DNA of 64,000 bases from Eledone cirrhosa. Lineage: Eukaryota. This document shows, piece after piece, positions 38,831-51,750 of this stretch. Position numbers and translations under genes: made by a program. The DNA lies in the NCBI GenBank assembly GCA_964016885.1, contig OZ024740.1, positions 151,342,001-151,406,000 of the forward strand, written 5' to 3'. The stretch's first letter is position 1, and every line of letters begins with the position of its first letter. Below the pieces are notes generated by a model. It had not been told where the DNA came from. It saw nothing but the letters and a program-made list of their open reading frames with translations, and did not search any database.

Positions 38831-39639
38831 GAATTTACAATAGTGGTCAGAGTAACCGTGGTTTTATGGTGGTTTTTCATGAGTAGCTCTCGGAAGTATC
38901 CACTCTATTAAGGAATACTCATTCTTAATATTCTATTGTTACCTCCCTGTTTACACGCAAAATCCACACACCAACAAACACACACATTCACACACACTCA
39001 ATGTTTTGTCCAGAGCCGTTTTTAATGTATTTCTTGGTATGAGCCCTTTGTGGTTGATAAAAAAATCATCATCACTAATATTATCAATAACAACAGCAAC
39101 AACAAAAATAACAGCGGTAAAGTCGAGAACGACAATAACAAAAATAACAGCGGTAAGGTCTAGAACGACAATAACAATGACATTAACAACAGCCACAACA
39201 ACAATAATAATAGGAACTGTATCAACAAAAACAACAATAATAACAACAGCCACAATAACAGTAGCAACAGCAACAGTATCAACGAAAACAACAACAACAA
39301 CAACAACAACTATACATACGAAAACATCAACAATGACATCGATACCTGTAACAGCGATCTCAGCACCACCAGTAAGACCAGTAGCGGCAGCAATAGTGGT
39401 GCTGCTGAAAAAGGGACCACTTCTTTTGCAGGTGTCACCCGAAATATCGAGACAGTGTTAGTCACAGAGGATGAGATGGCAGTCGCAAGGGCCATGGTGA
39501 CAAGAAACGCCAATAGAGTCTCCCTGAAACCCGATTTTTTCAAGGGCCAGCAGCTACGGACGGTGACTTACCGCACCGAAAGCAAAACCTCACATCGAGT
39601 GGAGAGATCCACGGAGGCTCAAATCCCAAAGGCCTTGGG

Positions 39640-40446
39640 GTGCGTCTCGGCATGCAAAACCCACATCACCCGAGGCAGAAAGTACGCACAGTAGACGTAC
39701 TTTTCGCCACCCCCCAGGAAGCAAAGTCTTACTCTTTGGAAACCTTAAAGAGTGAGGAGATAGTTTTGGTGCCCTCCTACTGCGGGCAGAAAATTGTGAG
39801 GGTCAAAGTGACCCAGGTCCCACCCGACGTGCCCATACCTTGGCTGGCCGCGTCTGTCCTTGCTGGAATCGAGGACAGGACGACTATGCTGCAAGCAGAG
39901 AAAATAGGGAGAGAGAACTGGTCAGGTATAGGCATGCAAAGGCTTATACAAACTGACCAGGAATGTATCGAGGCTATCCCCGATATCATAGACATTGAGG
40001 AAGGACTCCAACTCCCTATAAGCGTAGAAGGAAGACATCCAAAATGTTATCTCTGTGGGTCGAAGGGTCACCTCAGGGCCTTTTGTCCGCAGAAGACAGC
40101 GAAGAAGAAGGCCCCTCTCCTTCCAATACCTGGTCCGCTGCTACCAAGAGCAGGGCAGGCAACAAATGCAGAAGCCCCTTCCACGGTGAGTAGGAGGGCA
40201 ACGTCAGTGGTACCCGTACCAAGGCCACGGACAACTAAAGCAGCAGCATCAGTGGTGGCAACACCAATAGCTACATTTGCAGTAGCTGCACCAGCAACAA
40301 AATTTCCGAAAAGGGCTCCACTACCACCACCAACAACCGTGGAGCACATACCCCTCCCAGACGCCACAGAATCCGACATGGAGTTTGAGGCGGGAGTGAA
40401 GTGGCAAACCGTCTTCCACAAAAAAGAAAAAAGAAAAAACCCTTAG
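39640..40446 (+). pseudogene. Tx1 ORF1 core with Zn knuckle (copy B)
   Basis: PSYCGQK..VEGRHPKCYLCGSKGHLRAFCP. Confidence 0.85.
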
Positions 40447-40993
40447 ATTCACACTCCAGAAGCGAAGGCACACAAAGAGGGGTAAAGGCAGCAAGGAAAC
40501 TTGCAGCAACACCACCACCATCAACATCACCACCTCAAGCACCACCGCCAACAACAACCACACCACCACCAGCATCACCAAAAACACCAACAACGCAAAC
40601 AAAACAAAACACACACCAAACAGCAACAAGAAGAAAACAGCAACAAAATCACTCCTCCCCCAAAAAAGTACACAGCCATAAACATGGCAAAAAAAGAACT
40701 CATACAATATATAAAGTAGCACACAGACATCACAGAAAAAAAACTGCTACACCCCACCAACACCAAGAACTCTCTCGACAAACATAAGCATCATTGAAAT
40801 CTCAATAGAATAGTACAAACCTTTAAAACAAAAATTCCCCAACGCAGCTGGTGACTTCTGAGGGTCGGTTACCAAGAGGATATACACTGACATCCTCTTG
40901 GAAACACCCATGACCAGCCAAAGGGACGGTTCTACTGTCCCTTCACGATCAAGATAAGTGACCCTTTCTCACTTGCCCCGTTTCTCATCCAAC

Positions 40994-43900
40994 ATGGCCG
41001 TACTCAGAATAGGCAGTATAAATGCACGTGGCCTGGGGTCATCTTGGAAGCAGGGTCACCTGCTCAACGACCTCAGGTCACTAAACATCGATGTGGTGGC
41101 CATCAGTGAAACCAGAATCTCCGAAGCACAAGCCTTCGCAGCGATCTTCGGCGGCTACGATGTATACGCATCTCCCAGCCGTCCAGGATCGGGGGGAGGG
41201 GTTGCCGTCCTTTTTCGGAGAGGCTTGGATCTCGCGATACGGGCCATCTTCCTAGAACTAGAAGGTAAGTCGGTAGTGCTGGACGTGACCGGCAGCGAAG
41301 GCAATGCTTTCAGGCTAGTAGCCGTCTACGCCCCAACAGGGGCAGGACGGCCAGATTTCTTCAGACGTCTAGAGACCTTTCTTGGAACGTCTCGCTCTTT
41401 AGTGTTAGTGGGCGACTGGAACGGTATCTTGGATGCACGCTGGGATTGTGTGGGGCTAGTGGAAAGGGGAGGAGGGTGCAAGAGCCTCACCAACCTGCTC
41501 AGACGTTTTGAACTGTCTGACAGGTATCGACTGGATCACCCGAATGTGCCAATGTGGACATGGACAAACCATATCGGGTCATCCAGATCGTATCTCGATA
41601 GGGTATTCTGCAGAGAACTAGATAAGGCTAGTATAAGTTGTCCACAATTTAAAACAGTCGACTACACAGACCACAAATTTTTGATCTGTGAGATCGACAT
41701 AGACAGACTTCATAGACAAGGGCCCGGTTACCGGCGCGCAAAGCCTACAGAGACCGGATTAGCGTATTAGTTAAGCGGGCGTTGACGGGAGCGGTCGTCA
41801 ACAACAGGTGGTGGTTCGCCCTAAAAAGGGCAATTAAAGTAAAGTCTATTAGGTTTAGCAAAGGGCTAGTGATAGGGGAAAATAGAGTAGAAGGAGAGCT
41901 AGTCAGAAAGCTAGAAGAGGCGTTTAGGACAGGCATCGCAACCGACGTGCTTGCGGCGAGAGTGGCACTCGACCAATTCGTCAACGCAAAACACGAAGGC
42001 TGCGTTGTGAGAGCTAGAGAGCGTGCTCTGAAACACGAGGGGACAACAGCCGTCCAATGGGCCCGGGTGTCAGAGGCGCGACGTGGCAACAAAGCCACAA
42101 TTCGGTCTTTGTCTGACCAAAACGGGTGCGTGTTGCTCGAACCCGAGCAGAAGTGTGAAGCTTTTCAGCAGCACTTTGCTGAACTGTTCGGGAGCAGCTG
42201 CGGCCTGGATCGGAGCATGGACTTCAGTGCATACCTTGACGGACTGCCTCGGCTCTCGACGACTGCAGCACAGTGTTGCGAAAATTCAATAACAGCCGGT
42301 GAAATACGGGAAGCGATGGCTAACTGCACGATGGGTAAATCGCCAGGTTCGGATGGTCTTCCCTACGAGCCTTATTTATGCCAGACTTGTTCGGTGACCT
42401 CTTGGCAGCCGTCTACTGCAACTGGCAGCAGAACGGGAGAATTCCCAGTTTTGTGAGCCGGGGGGCGGTGGCGCTGCTGAGAAAAGACCGGAACAAGGGG
42501 GATGTTATCGATAATTTCAGGCCCATAATCTTGCTAAACGCAGAGTTCAAGATTTTGGCTAAGGTGTTAGCAACGAGGTTGGCGCTTGTCGTCAAGGGTA
42601 CTTGGCGGCGGTCCTCGAGGCAGCCGGTTTCGGGCCCGTTTTCAGGGGTTGGATCGCTGCGATGTGCAGCGACATCTGCTCAGTTGTGAGGGTGAACGGT
42701 CACCTGTCGCAGCCGTTCAGCATCATGCTCTCAGTCCGCCAGGGTTGTCCCCTCTCGTCCCTCTTGTACGTATTGGCTCTTGAGCCGTTACTGAACAAAC
42801 TGGGGGCGATGAGGGTTGTCCCACGCGAACTAGGATGCGGGAAATCCGAGTCGGCTTACGCCGACGACATCACCGTGATGGTGTCGAGCACCAGACACGT
42901 CCAGATGCTTGGCACCGCTCTCAAGGAATACGAAGCGGTGACAGGAGCAAAGATAAACCAGCAAAAGTCGGTGTGCTTGCAGCTCGGCACCTGGAGAGGC
43001 AAGTCCATGCCGTCCGACAGCGTCGTGGGGCGTTGGACGGACGGACCGGTTAAATTGCTGGTTCGGACCGGACCTCCAGATGGAGAAAACCTGGAACGAG
43101 GTGACGAGCAAGGTGGCCTCCCTCAGCCAGAAATGGGCCGAGAGGAAGCTGTCCCTGAAAGGCCGGGCGGAGGTGGCGAATACGTACATCGTATCCGTCA
43201 TCTGCTACAGCCTGACCGTCGTCCCTTGCTCCGGCCCAACTCTCACCAAAATGGAGCGCCTTCTCTTCTGCTTTTTGTGGAAGGGATGCGCTCCCATGGT
43301 CAGACGATCCATCTGCTCTCAACACCTGTTGCGTGGAGGACTGGGCATGCCATGGCTGATGATGCGCAAACATGCGCTGAGGCTGCGACATCTCTGGTGC
43401 TTCCTTGACGGTGAATAGGTGTGGTCGCCGTTCGCCAGGCACGTTTACCCACAGCTCGTCTCCTTGACGGAGCTGCAGTCCTGGGTCAGAAAAAGACCGA
43501 GGGATAGCGCTTGGAAACTGGAATGTCTCCAGGCGCTCACTGCCCTCTGCCAGCTGGGCACCAGTATCGGTGGAACATCCACCTCGGCGTTCTATAGATG
43601 ACTAGTGGAGGTGAAGAGCGACTACGTTCTTGGAGAGATCCTGGGCGTCGAAGAAGATCAGCTGTTTGCTCTCTTCCGGAGAACTTTCAGCCTAGGGCCT
43701 ATGGATAACTTCCAAAACTCCCTGGCCTGGCAGTGCTACCGGGGAGCACTGTCGGTTCGAGATAAGCTCTACAGGCACGGAATTGCCGTCAGCCGAGCCT
43801 GTCCGAGATGCGCGCAGAGCGACGAAACTGTCGTGCACACACTTGTTGAGTGCCCGAGCATTGCTGACTTGTGGAGCTATGTCGAACAGTTGCTGTCGCG

Positions 43901-44216
43901 TGTAGGACTGATCCGGTTATCGACGGAGTCCATTGTGCAGATGGTCTCGCCGTCTTCCTTCGAGGAGGAAGGGCAGGCAGTTTTCATCTGCCTGGTGGCC
44001 ATGGCGAAAGAGATTGTGTGGTTGACAAGGTTGAAAGTGTGAAAGACAGACACTTTCCTCTTCGGCGAATCCCTAATTAACTTTTTCAAGTTTCACTTGA
44101 AGAGGAAAATCAGGGTGGAGAGGCAAGTGCTGACTTCTAGCAAGTTTGTTGAAAGGTGGGTGAATGTAGCGAGAATGGTCCGAGTGAACGGGACCGCTCT
44201 TAATATACGTCTGTAG
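40994..44216 (+). pseudogene. Tx1 ORF2 (APE endonuclease, RT, C-terminal Zn domain), copy B
   Basis: MAVLRIGSINARGL, GDWN, KSPGSDGLP, NFRPIILLN, VRQGCPLS, AYADD, GGLGMP, CPRC..ETVVH. Frameshifts and an RT deletion near 42596 (KAFDRVDH segment absent). Confidence 0.93.
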
Positions 44217-44376
44217 TTTGAGAAATGGAAAAATTGAGAGAGGACGCTTGCCCTGGTGGTCAGGGTGGCCGTGGTCTTTTGTGTGGTATTCACCACGAGT
44301 AATAATATTTGGGCCTTTTGGCCTAAATATTTGAAATTTTTTTTTACATGTTAAAAAATTTACGGAGAAAAAAAAC

Positions 44377-46353
44377 ATGGCTGAGCCACGTCCCCCAGCG
44401 ATATGTCTGCTGTCGTGCCACAATGACGTAGAAGTTGAGAGGAGCGCTACATCGAAATTAACACAAATTGATAACACAAACACCACCACAAACAATGTGA
44501 ACAAAGACACCAATGATACCAATGAGAACTCTAATTTTGAAAAAATGACGGTAACAGCAACAACGAAAATACAGATAACAAAATAAAAATAACAAATGCA
44601 ACAACAATATCAACACCACTAACATGAAAACAAATAGCGACAACACCAACAGCAACAATACCAACTACACCGAGATGAACGGTGGCAACAAAGACAACAA
44701 TGATAACAGCGACAGTGATAACAACAACACCAACAAGAACAACGCCAACGACAACAACACCCCCAACGAAAAGAAGAAGAACACTTTCGCTGCGGCAGCA
44801 GCAAAATAGAGGCCATGCTTCAATATGGACTTCTCAAACAAAGATGGAAAGTTGGCCCAGGCATGGAAGCTCATCAAGCAAGAGCAAACCTGGGCCAACT
44901 TAACTGTCCCAGTAGAAGCTATTGAGGCAGTGGAGCGCAGAACGGTGCATTATAGATGCATCTCAGCACAAACCAAAAGGGCAGCTTTAATCCCACAAGA
45001 AGATGTCGAAGTCGCACTGAGGTGCATCAGAGAAGACACCGAATACATAGAGAGGGGCAGACAGTACGGCACCATTTCGGTGTTGTTCAAGTCAGAAGCC
45101 CTCGCTATGAAACACGCTATAACTCCTTGCAAAACCAGCAAGGTCATAATGTACCCCTCCCACATGGGAAAAAGAACGGCCCGTCTCCGCATTCCCAGAA
45201 TCCCACCAGGACTTGACATGTGGTGGCTTCTGGGATGTGTGATTGTGGAGGGGACGGATATCGTCCCTATAGAAGTGACCAGAACGGCCAGAGAGGACTG
45301 GTCCGGGGTCGACCTGGAGATCCTTCTCCAGATCAGGCCCGAGAATGTGAAGACAATCCCGGACCACATTCGCCTTCAGAATGGGACGGTCATTCACATT
45401 ATGACCGAAGGTAAAAGGCCGCAGTGTTTTGTTTGTGGGGAAAAAACCCATTTGCGAGCCTTCTGCCCTCAACTGCTGAAAGAGGCAAGAGGTCGGAAGG
45501 CTCCACTGCTGCTGACGCCGGAGCGAGGTCAACAACCAACACCAGCACCGGCAAAACCACCAACAACAACATCAATAGAAAGACCACCACCAACATTGAC
45601 CACCCAGGGGGGAAACGAGAAAAGCTGTCAAATTCCCCCTCCCCCCCAAAATACACACACCAATAAAACCATAAACATACATACAGACACAGACACAGAC
45701 CCCTCATCTACCAGTAGTGAAGATGAGGGAAAACCCAAATCCCCCAAAATACAAAAAAGGAAACACAAAAAGAAAAAAAAACTCAACAAAGCACAAAATC
45801 ACCCACAATAAAAAACGCAGACACCACCCACGCAAACATCTCTCCAATAACACCAACATCAACACCACCGTCACCATCACCAGAATCCCCTAAACGCAAA
45901 CAACCTAAACAGACGCAAGAACAAATATACACACAAACATCTGAAACCACAGACACCGCACTCACAACAAACACAGACACAACCGAAACAACACCATCAA
46001 AACCATCACCACCACAGCCACGCAAACAAATAAAATCACACCAACAAAACATACAAAACTTCGTGCTCGTCAGGAGGGCCAACAAGGAACTGATGGCCCT
46101 TGTGGCACGAAGTGAAAATATACAAAAAGAGGGGGAAATGTTTAAATCGAGCACATTTCACGTGCCGGAAGATTTGGTTCTGGTGCGAATGTCGATCGAA
46201 TTATACAAAGAAATACGAGACAGCTTTCCTCGGAACGTGGGAACCCCGAAAGCAAAACCTACTTCAAGACTTTTAAAGAGGTTCCCAAAAGAAACCCCAC
46301 CAACTATGGAGGTCGAACAGCCCGACCTTCACAAGAGCCCGGAAGGTAAGTAA
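44377..46353 (+). pseudogene. Tx1 ORF1 (Asn/Thr-rich N-terminus, Zn knuckle), copy C
   Basis: YGTISVLFKSEALA, PSHMGKRT, CFVCGEKTHLRAFC. Stops and frameshifts present. Confidence 0.87.
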
Positions 46354-46384
46354 ACCTTTCCTCTCTCTCTTTTAACATTCTAAC

Positions 46385-49300
46385 ATGGCCGTATTAAGAG
46401 TAGGATGTTTAAATGTTCGAGGCCTGGGATCGTCCTGGAAGCAGGGTCACCTGCTCAATGACTTCAGGTCTCTAGAAATGGATGTAATTGCCGTCAGCGA
46501 AACCATGATTTCCGACACGCGCACACTAGCCCCCATTTTCGACGACTATCAGATCTTTGCATCTGTTAGCCGGCCGGGAATGGGAGGCGGGGTGGCAGTG
46601 CTGTTTAGGAAAGGCCTGGATCTCGAGGTAAGGTCGATATTCCGGGACCCGGAACAATAACGAAGGTGGTGCCTTTAGACTGGTGGCCGTCCATGCTCCT
46701 ACTGGGGCAGGACGGCCGGAATTCTTTAGACGCCTGGAAGCCTTTCTGGGCACGTCTCGCCTTTTACTGTTAGCGGGGGACTGGAACGGCATCTTAGACG
46801 CACGCTGGGACTGCGTGGGAGTATCCGATAGGAGCGGGGGGTGCAAAAGCCTCGAGAACCTGATCAGCCAGTTCCAACTGTCTGACAGGTACCGACTATA
46901 TTTCCCTAATGCGCCAGTGTGGACCGCATAGGGTCATCTAGATCGTATATAGACAGGATATTCATTAGGAAAATAGACAGAAATAGTGTAAGCTGTCCAC
47001 GTTTTGAAACAGTCGCCTATTCAGATCACAAGTTTGTGATCTGTATGGTCGACCTAGATAAGACGCGTAGGTTAGGACCTGGTTACTGGAAGCTAAACAT
47101 GTCATTTCTGGCACGTAAGGCTTACAGGGACCAGATCAACAATTTAGTTAAGAAAAAGTTGACAGGGGGAGTCGTCAACAATAGATAGTGGTGGGGGTGG
47201 GGGGGGGGCTCTCAAAAGATAGATTAGAGTAATGTCGATAGAGTTTAGCAAAGTAGCGTTAGAGAAAAATAGAAAGGAGGGGGAGTTGGTAGATAAGTTA
47301 GATGAGGCTATTGGTAGTGGCATTGCAACTGACGTGCTAGCGGTGAGAATGGCATTAGACCATTTCTTCAATGCGAAACACGAAGGTTGCATTGTCAGAG
47401 CTAAGGCGCGTGCTCTGAGAAACGAGGGAACCAAAGCTGTTCGATGGGCCCGCGTGGCAGAGGCGCAGCGTGGTAATAAAATCACGATTCGGTCTTTGAC
47501 GGATCGCGACGGACACGAGCTGAGCGATTCCAAGCGGATGTGTGAGGCCTTTCGCCAACATTTTGCTCGGTTGTTCGGGGGAAGTGGCGGGTCAGAGATG
47601 GTGGCGGACTTCAGTCCCTACCTCGATGGCTTGCCGCAACTCTCGACGGCTGACGCTGGGCGCTGCGAAAGGCCAATTACTTCAGCCGAGATTCAGGATG
47701 CCCTTGACGGCTGCATGAGGCGCAAGTCACCCGGTTTGGATGGTCTGCCCTACGAGCTTTACGTAAATATGCCAAATTTGTTCTCCAATCTCCTCGAAGC
47801 CCTCTACTGCAACTGGCAGCAAAACGGGAGTATTCCCAGCTCTGTGTGCCGGGTGTAGAGATGCTGATGAGAAAAGACGAGAACAAGAGGGACACATTAG
47901 ACAATTTCAGGCACATAACTCTGCTCAACACAGAGTTTAAGATATTGGCAAGGGTGTTAGCGAAGAGGTTGCGCTTGTCGTCGAGAATTTGGTTGGGCAG
48001 GCGCAAACTTGCGCAATCCCATACACGACAATCTCCACCTAATGCGATACATCATAGAGAGGGTAGGGTGTAAACCTGGCTTCGGTGAGGCTCTGATCAA
48101 TTTAGATCAATCGAAAGCATTCGATAGGGTCGACCATCGGTACCTGGAGGCTGTCCTCAAGGCGGCTGGCTTCGGCCCCGTCTTGCAAAGCTGGATCGCT
48201 GCAATGTACAGCGGCACCTGCTCGATGGTCAAAATTATTGGCCACCTCTCGGAACCGTTTCAGGTCTCCCGATCAGTCCGTCAAGGGTGCCCTCTCTCCT
48301 CTCTTCTGTACGTATTGACTCGCGAGCCTTTACTGCAGAAGCTGGAGCTGTTGCAATGCATCCCGCTCGAACCGGGACGCGAAAGGCTGTGTCGGCTTAT
48401 GCGGACGACATCACCGTGATGGTGTCGGACACCTCAGAAATCGAGGTGGTCGGCAAATTATTGGAGGAATATGAAAGGTTGACGGGAGCAAACTTAACCC
48501 GGAAAAGTCGGTGGGCTTGCAACTCGGCACCTGGAGAGGAAAGTCCATGCCGTCCAACAGCGTCGTTAGGCGCTGGACGGACGGACCGGTAAAGTTGCTC
48601 GGGGTTTGGTTCAGGCCAGACCTCCAGGTGGATAAGAATTGGGACGAGGTGACGGGGAGAGTAGCCAGTCTCACCCAGAAATGGGCTGGGATGAAGCTAT
48701 CACTGAGAGGTCGGACGGAGGTGGCGAACGCGTACATCGCGTCCGTCATCTACTACCGTCTGACCGTCGTCCCTTGCTCCCGTTCGCGCCTCGCCATCTT
48801 GGAGCGGCTCCTCTTCAAATTCTTGTGGAGGGGTCAGGATCCGCTGGTGAGGCGGTCCATCTGCTGTTAGCACCCTCTACGTGGAGGGCTGGGAATGCCG
48901 TGGCTAATGATGCACAGGCACGCGCTGAGGCTGCGGCATTTCCAGATATTCTGCCTAAACGGTGAACAGGTGTGGTCGCCGTTTGTCAGACGGGCCTTTC
49001 CGCAGCTCGTTTCTTTGACTGAGCTGCTGTCCTGGGTCAAGAAGAGACCGAGACTGGGTGACTGGCATCTGGAATGTTGCCAGGCACTCACTACCCTCTA
49101 CCAGGCGGGCAAAGCGGTCAGTGGAACTTCCACTCTCGGGTTCTATAGAGGATTAGTGGTGGGCAAGTGCGACGACACACCCGGAGAGGTTCTGGGAGTC
49201 AACGAAGTCGAACTAACCAGTCTGTACCGGAGGACTTCGAGCCGGGGACGATGGATAATTTCCCAAAATCCCTCGCTTGGCAGTGCTAACGGGGGGCACT

Positions 49301-49767
49301 GCCGGTTCGAGATAAACTCTACAGGCACGGAAGTGCTGTCAGACGGACTTGCCCGAGATGCGCGCAGAGCGACGAAACCGTTCTGCACGTACTCGTCCAG
49401 TGTCCGTGCATTACTAACTTGTGGAGTTATGTTGAACAGCTGTTGTCGCGTATAGAACGGATCCGGCTATCGGCCGAGTCCATAGTGAAGATCGACCCGC
49501 CGCCTTCTTTTGGCCTGGAAGGGAAGGCAATTTTCCTCTGTCTGGTGGCAGTAGCGAAAGAGGTTGTATGGTGGACGAGGTTGAAAGGACTGAAGACAGA
49601 CAATTTTCTCTTCGGCCAATCCCTCATCAACTTTTTCAAGTTTCACTTAGAAAGGAAGGTGAGGCTGGAGAGAGAAGTGCTGCCCCCCCAGTACATTTGC
49701 TGAAAGGTGGGTGAATGTGGCGAGAATGGCCCGTGTGAGTGGGCCTACTCTGGTCATGCGGCTGTAG
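46385..49767 (+). pseudogene. Tx1 ORF2 (EN-RT-Zn), copy C
   Basis: MAVLRVGCLNVRGL, YSDH, GYWKLN, KSPGLDGLP, LDQSKAFDRVDH, VRQGCPLS, AYADD. Many frameshifts. Confidence 0.93.
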
Positions 49768-50071
49768 GTAGGTAAATTTGAGGAGGAGAGGGGTGCCCTT
49801 ACAGGGTGCTCTCGAAGCGTCGGGTCGTTCAGGACTGATGGGGTACCTGAGCGAACCCTAGGTGGTCATCCCCCCTATTGGGGAATTTTTTCTTCTTGTA
49901 ATTTTATTGTTACTTTATTGTTACTTTGTTATTGTTACTTTGTTATTTTTATTCATATTGTTTACTCGATTTTTCTGTAAAACCCCACTGTCCCAGTCTT
50001 TTGTATTGTCCCCTATATGTCGGCCCTTGTGGCCAATAAATGAAATCATTATTATTATTATTATTATTGGT

Positions 50072-50295
50072 TAGGGCGGTGGATTAGCAGTATCGGTAGA
50101 GGGTCGGATACCATGCTTTGCAGCATAGCGTTACGGCCCGTTATGTTCTGAGTTCAAATCCCGCCGAGGTTAGCTTTGTCTTTCATCCTTTCGGGGTTGA
50201 TAAAATAAAGCACCAATAACGCCGTGGGGTCGATTTCATCGACTTTCCCCTCGCTCAAAATTTGCTGGCCTTCTGCCTAAATCAGAAACCATTAT
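50072..50295 (+). mobile_element. tRNA-derived SINE copy (long variant)
   Basis: Family consensus match. Confidence 0.87.
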
Positions 50296-50299
50296 TGGT

Positions 50300-50482
50300 T
50301 CGGACAACATCGTTTGCAGCTTATATTTATGACATTTTAATTCTGAGTTCAAATACTGCCGAGGTTAACTTTGACCTCTTTATAGGGTTGATAAAATATG
50401 ATAGCAGTAACGGACTGGGGTCGATTTCATCGACTTTCTTCTTCCTTTCAAATTGATGGCCTTGTGCCAAATGCTGAAAGAA
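50300..50482 (+). mobile_element. Older diverged SINE copy
   Basis: ttctgagttcaaatactgccgaggttaactttg...ggccttgtgcc. Confidence 0.7.
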
Positions 50483-51579
50483 TTGTTACTCGTTCATATG
50501 TTTTTTTTCTTTTCTGCAATGTTCTTTGTTATACGCAACCCATCATTGTTAATGTTGTTATTTTTATTCTTGTTGCTGCTTTCTTTCTATTTGCCACAAT
50601 CGAAATAACAATACAAAAAGAAAATATTCCATACATTCCTAGATTTGTTTCATTTGTCATCTGTTTGACAGATGCTGCTACGGTATACTAAATTCATTTT
50701 TATCCGCCACTCTCCCCACACCGCTTTTGCTAGCTTTTAATCTTTTACTTCATTTTACACTTCTTTATCCTTTACTTCTTCGCTTTCCAACTCCCTTTCC
50801 TTCACTTTCTCTCTTTTTTCTTTCCCTTTTCTCTATATTTCTTTCTTCCTTTCCCATTCTAACAGTTTTCTTTTTTCTTCTATCTCTCTTGCACTGTCTT
50901 ACTTATAACCCAACACACACACACCCTCTCTCTCTCAATTCCTCTTTCTTTCTCCCCCCTCTCTCTGTTTTTTGTTGTTGTTGTTTTGTTTTTTCCATAA
51001 CGTTTATTACAATCTTCATTCAAGATTCATTCAAGACTGCCATCACCACTACCATTACAGATTCGCTATAAATCATGAAGTGATTGCATCCAAATGTCGG
51101 TTAAAATTTGTCCAAGTTAATTACAAACTTATTAAAATTTAAGCTCTTTATTTAAATGTTACATTAGGCGAGGTGAATAGATTATTACTGTTGTTATTGT
51201 TATTTCTATTGCTATTATTTCTTTTGTCGTTGATGTTCATCATCATCATCATAGTGACAGGGATGGCGGTTTTGTTGCCGTTGTTGATTATTTTTCGTTA
51301 CCTGATTATTGTGGTTGTGGTTTTTTATTGTATTGTTGTTTGCCGTAAGTAAACGTTTTAATCAGACACCCAGAGAAGAATTGGATTTTGCCACGTTTGT
51401 TGTTGTTAAATTTGACCGCAGCATGGCCGAATTTTCAAGAAATTCGCTGTGTAATCATTCCATCCCAGATTCGATCCCACTGTGTGGTATCTCGCGTCAA
51501 CTCATATATGCCTTGTGAGTGAGATAGGATGGATGGAAATATTTTGGAAGCCATAGGATAATATATAACTGTAATTCAA

Positions 51580-51750
51580 ATTTCAAATGGCCAGTCTTGT
51601 TAATTCAAATAGCCAACACTGCGCTGGTATTTTTGATGAGCGACCTTGAAAGGATGAAAGGCAATTTGAACCATGGCGGGATTTGAACTCAGAACGCAGA
51701 GACTCGGTAAATATAAAATGCGGTAATGATTCTGCAAACGCGATCACCTC
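51580..51750 (-). mobile_element. Diverged SINE copy
   Basis: aggatgaaaggcaa..ggcgggatttgaactcaga. Confidence 0.65.

Larger units (their letters stand above)
38950..44330 (+). mobile_element. Tx1 LINE copy B (near full length, degenerate, lacks terminal tail)
   Basis: ORF1 with CYLCGSKGHLRAFC knuckle. ORF2 with EN, RT and C-terminal Zn domain, in several frames. Confidence 0.93.
44331..50067 (+). mobile_element. Tx1 LINE copy C (full length, degenerate) with (ATT)n tail
   Basis: ORF1 44377-46353 and ORF2 46385-49767. The 3' UTR ends gcccttgtggccaataaa..(ATT)n. The 5' boundary is approximate. Confidence 0.93.
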
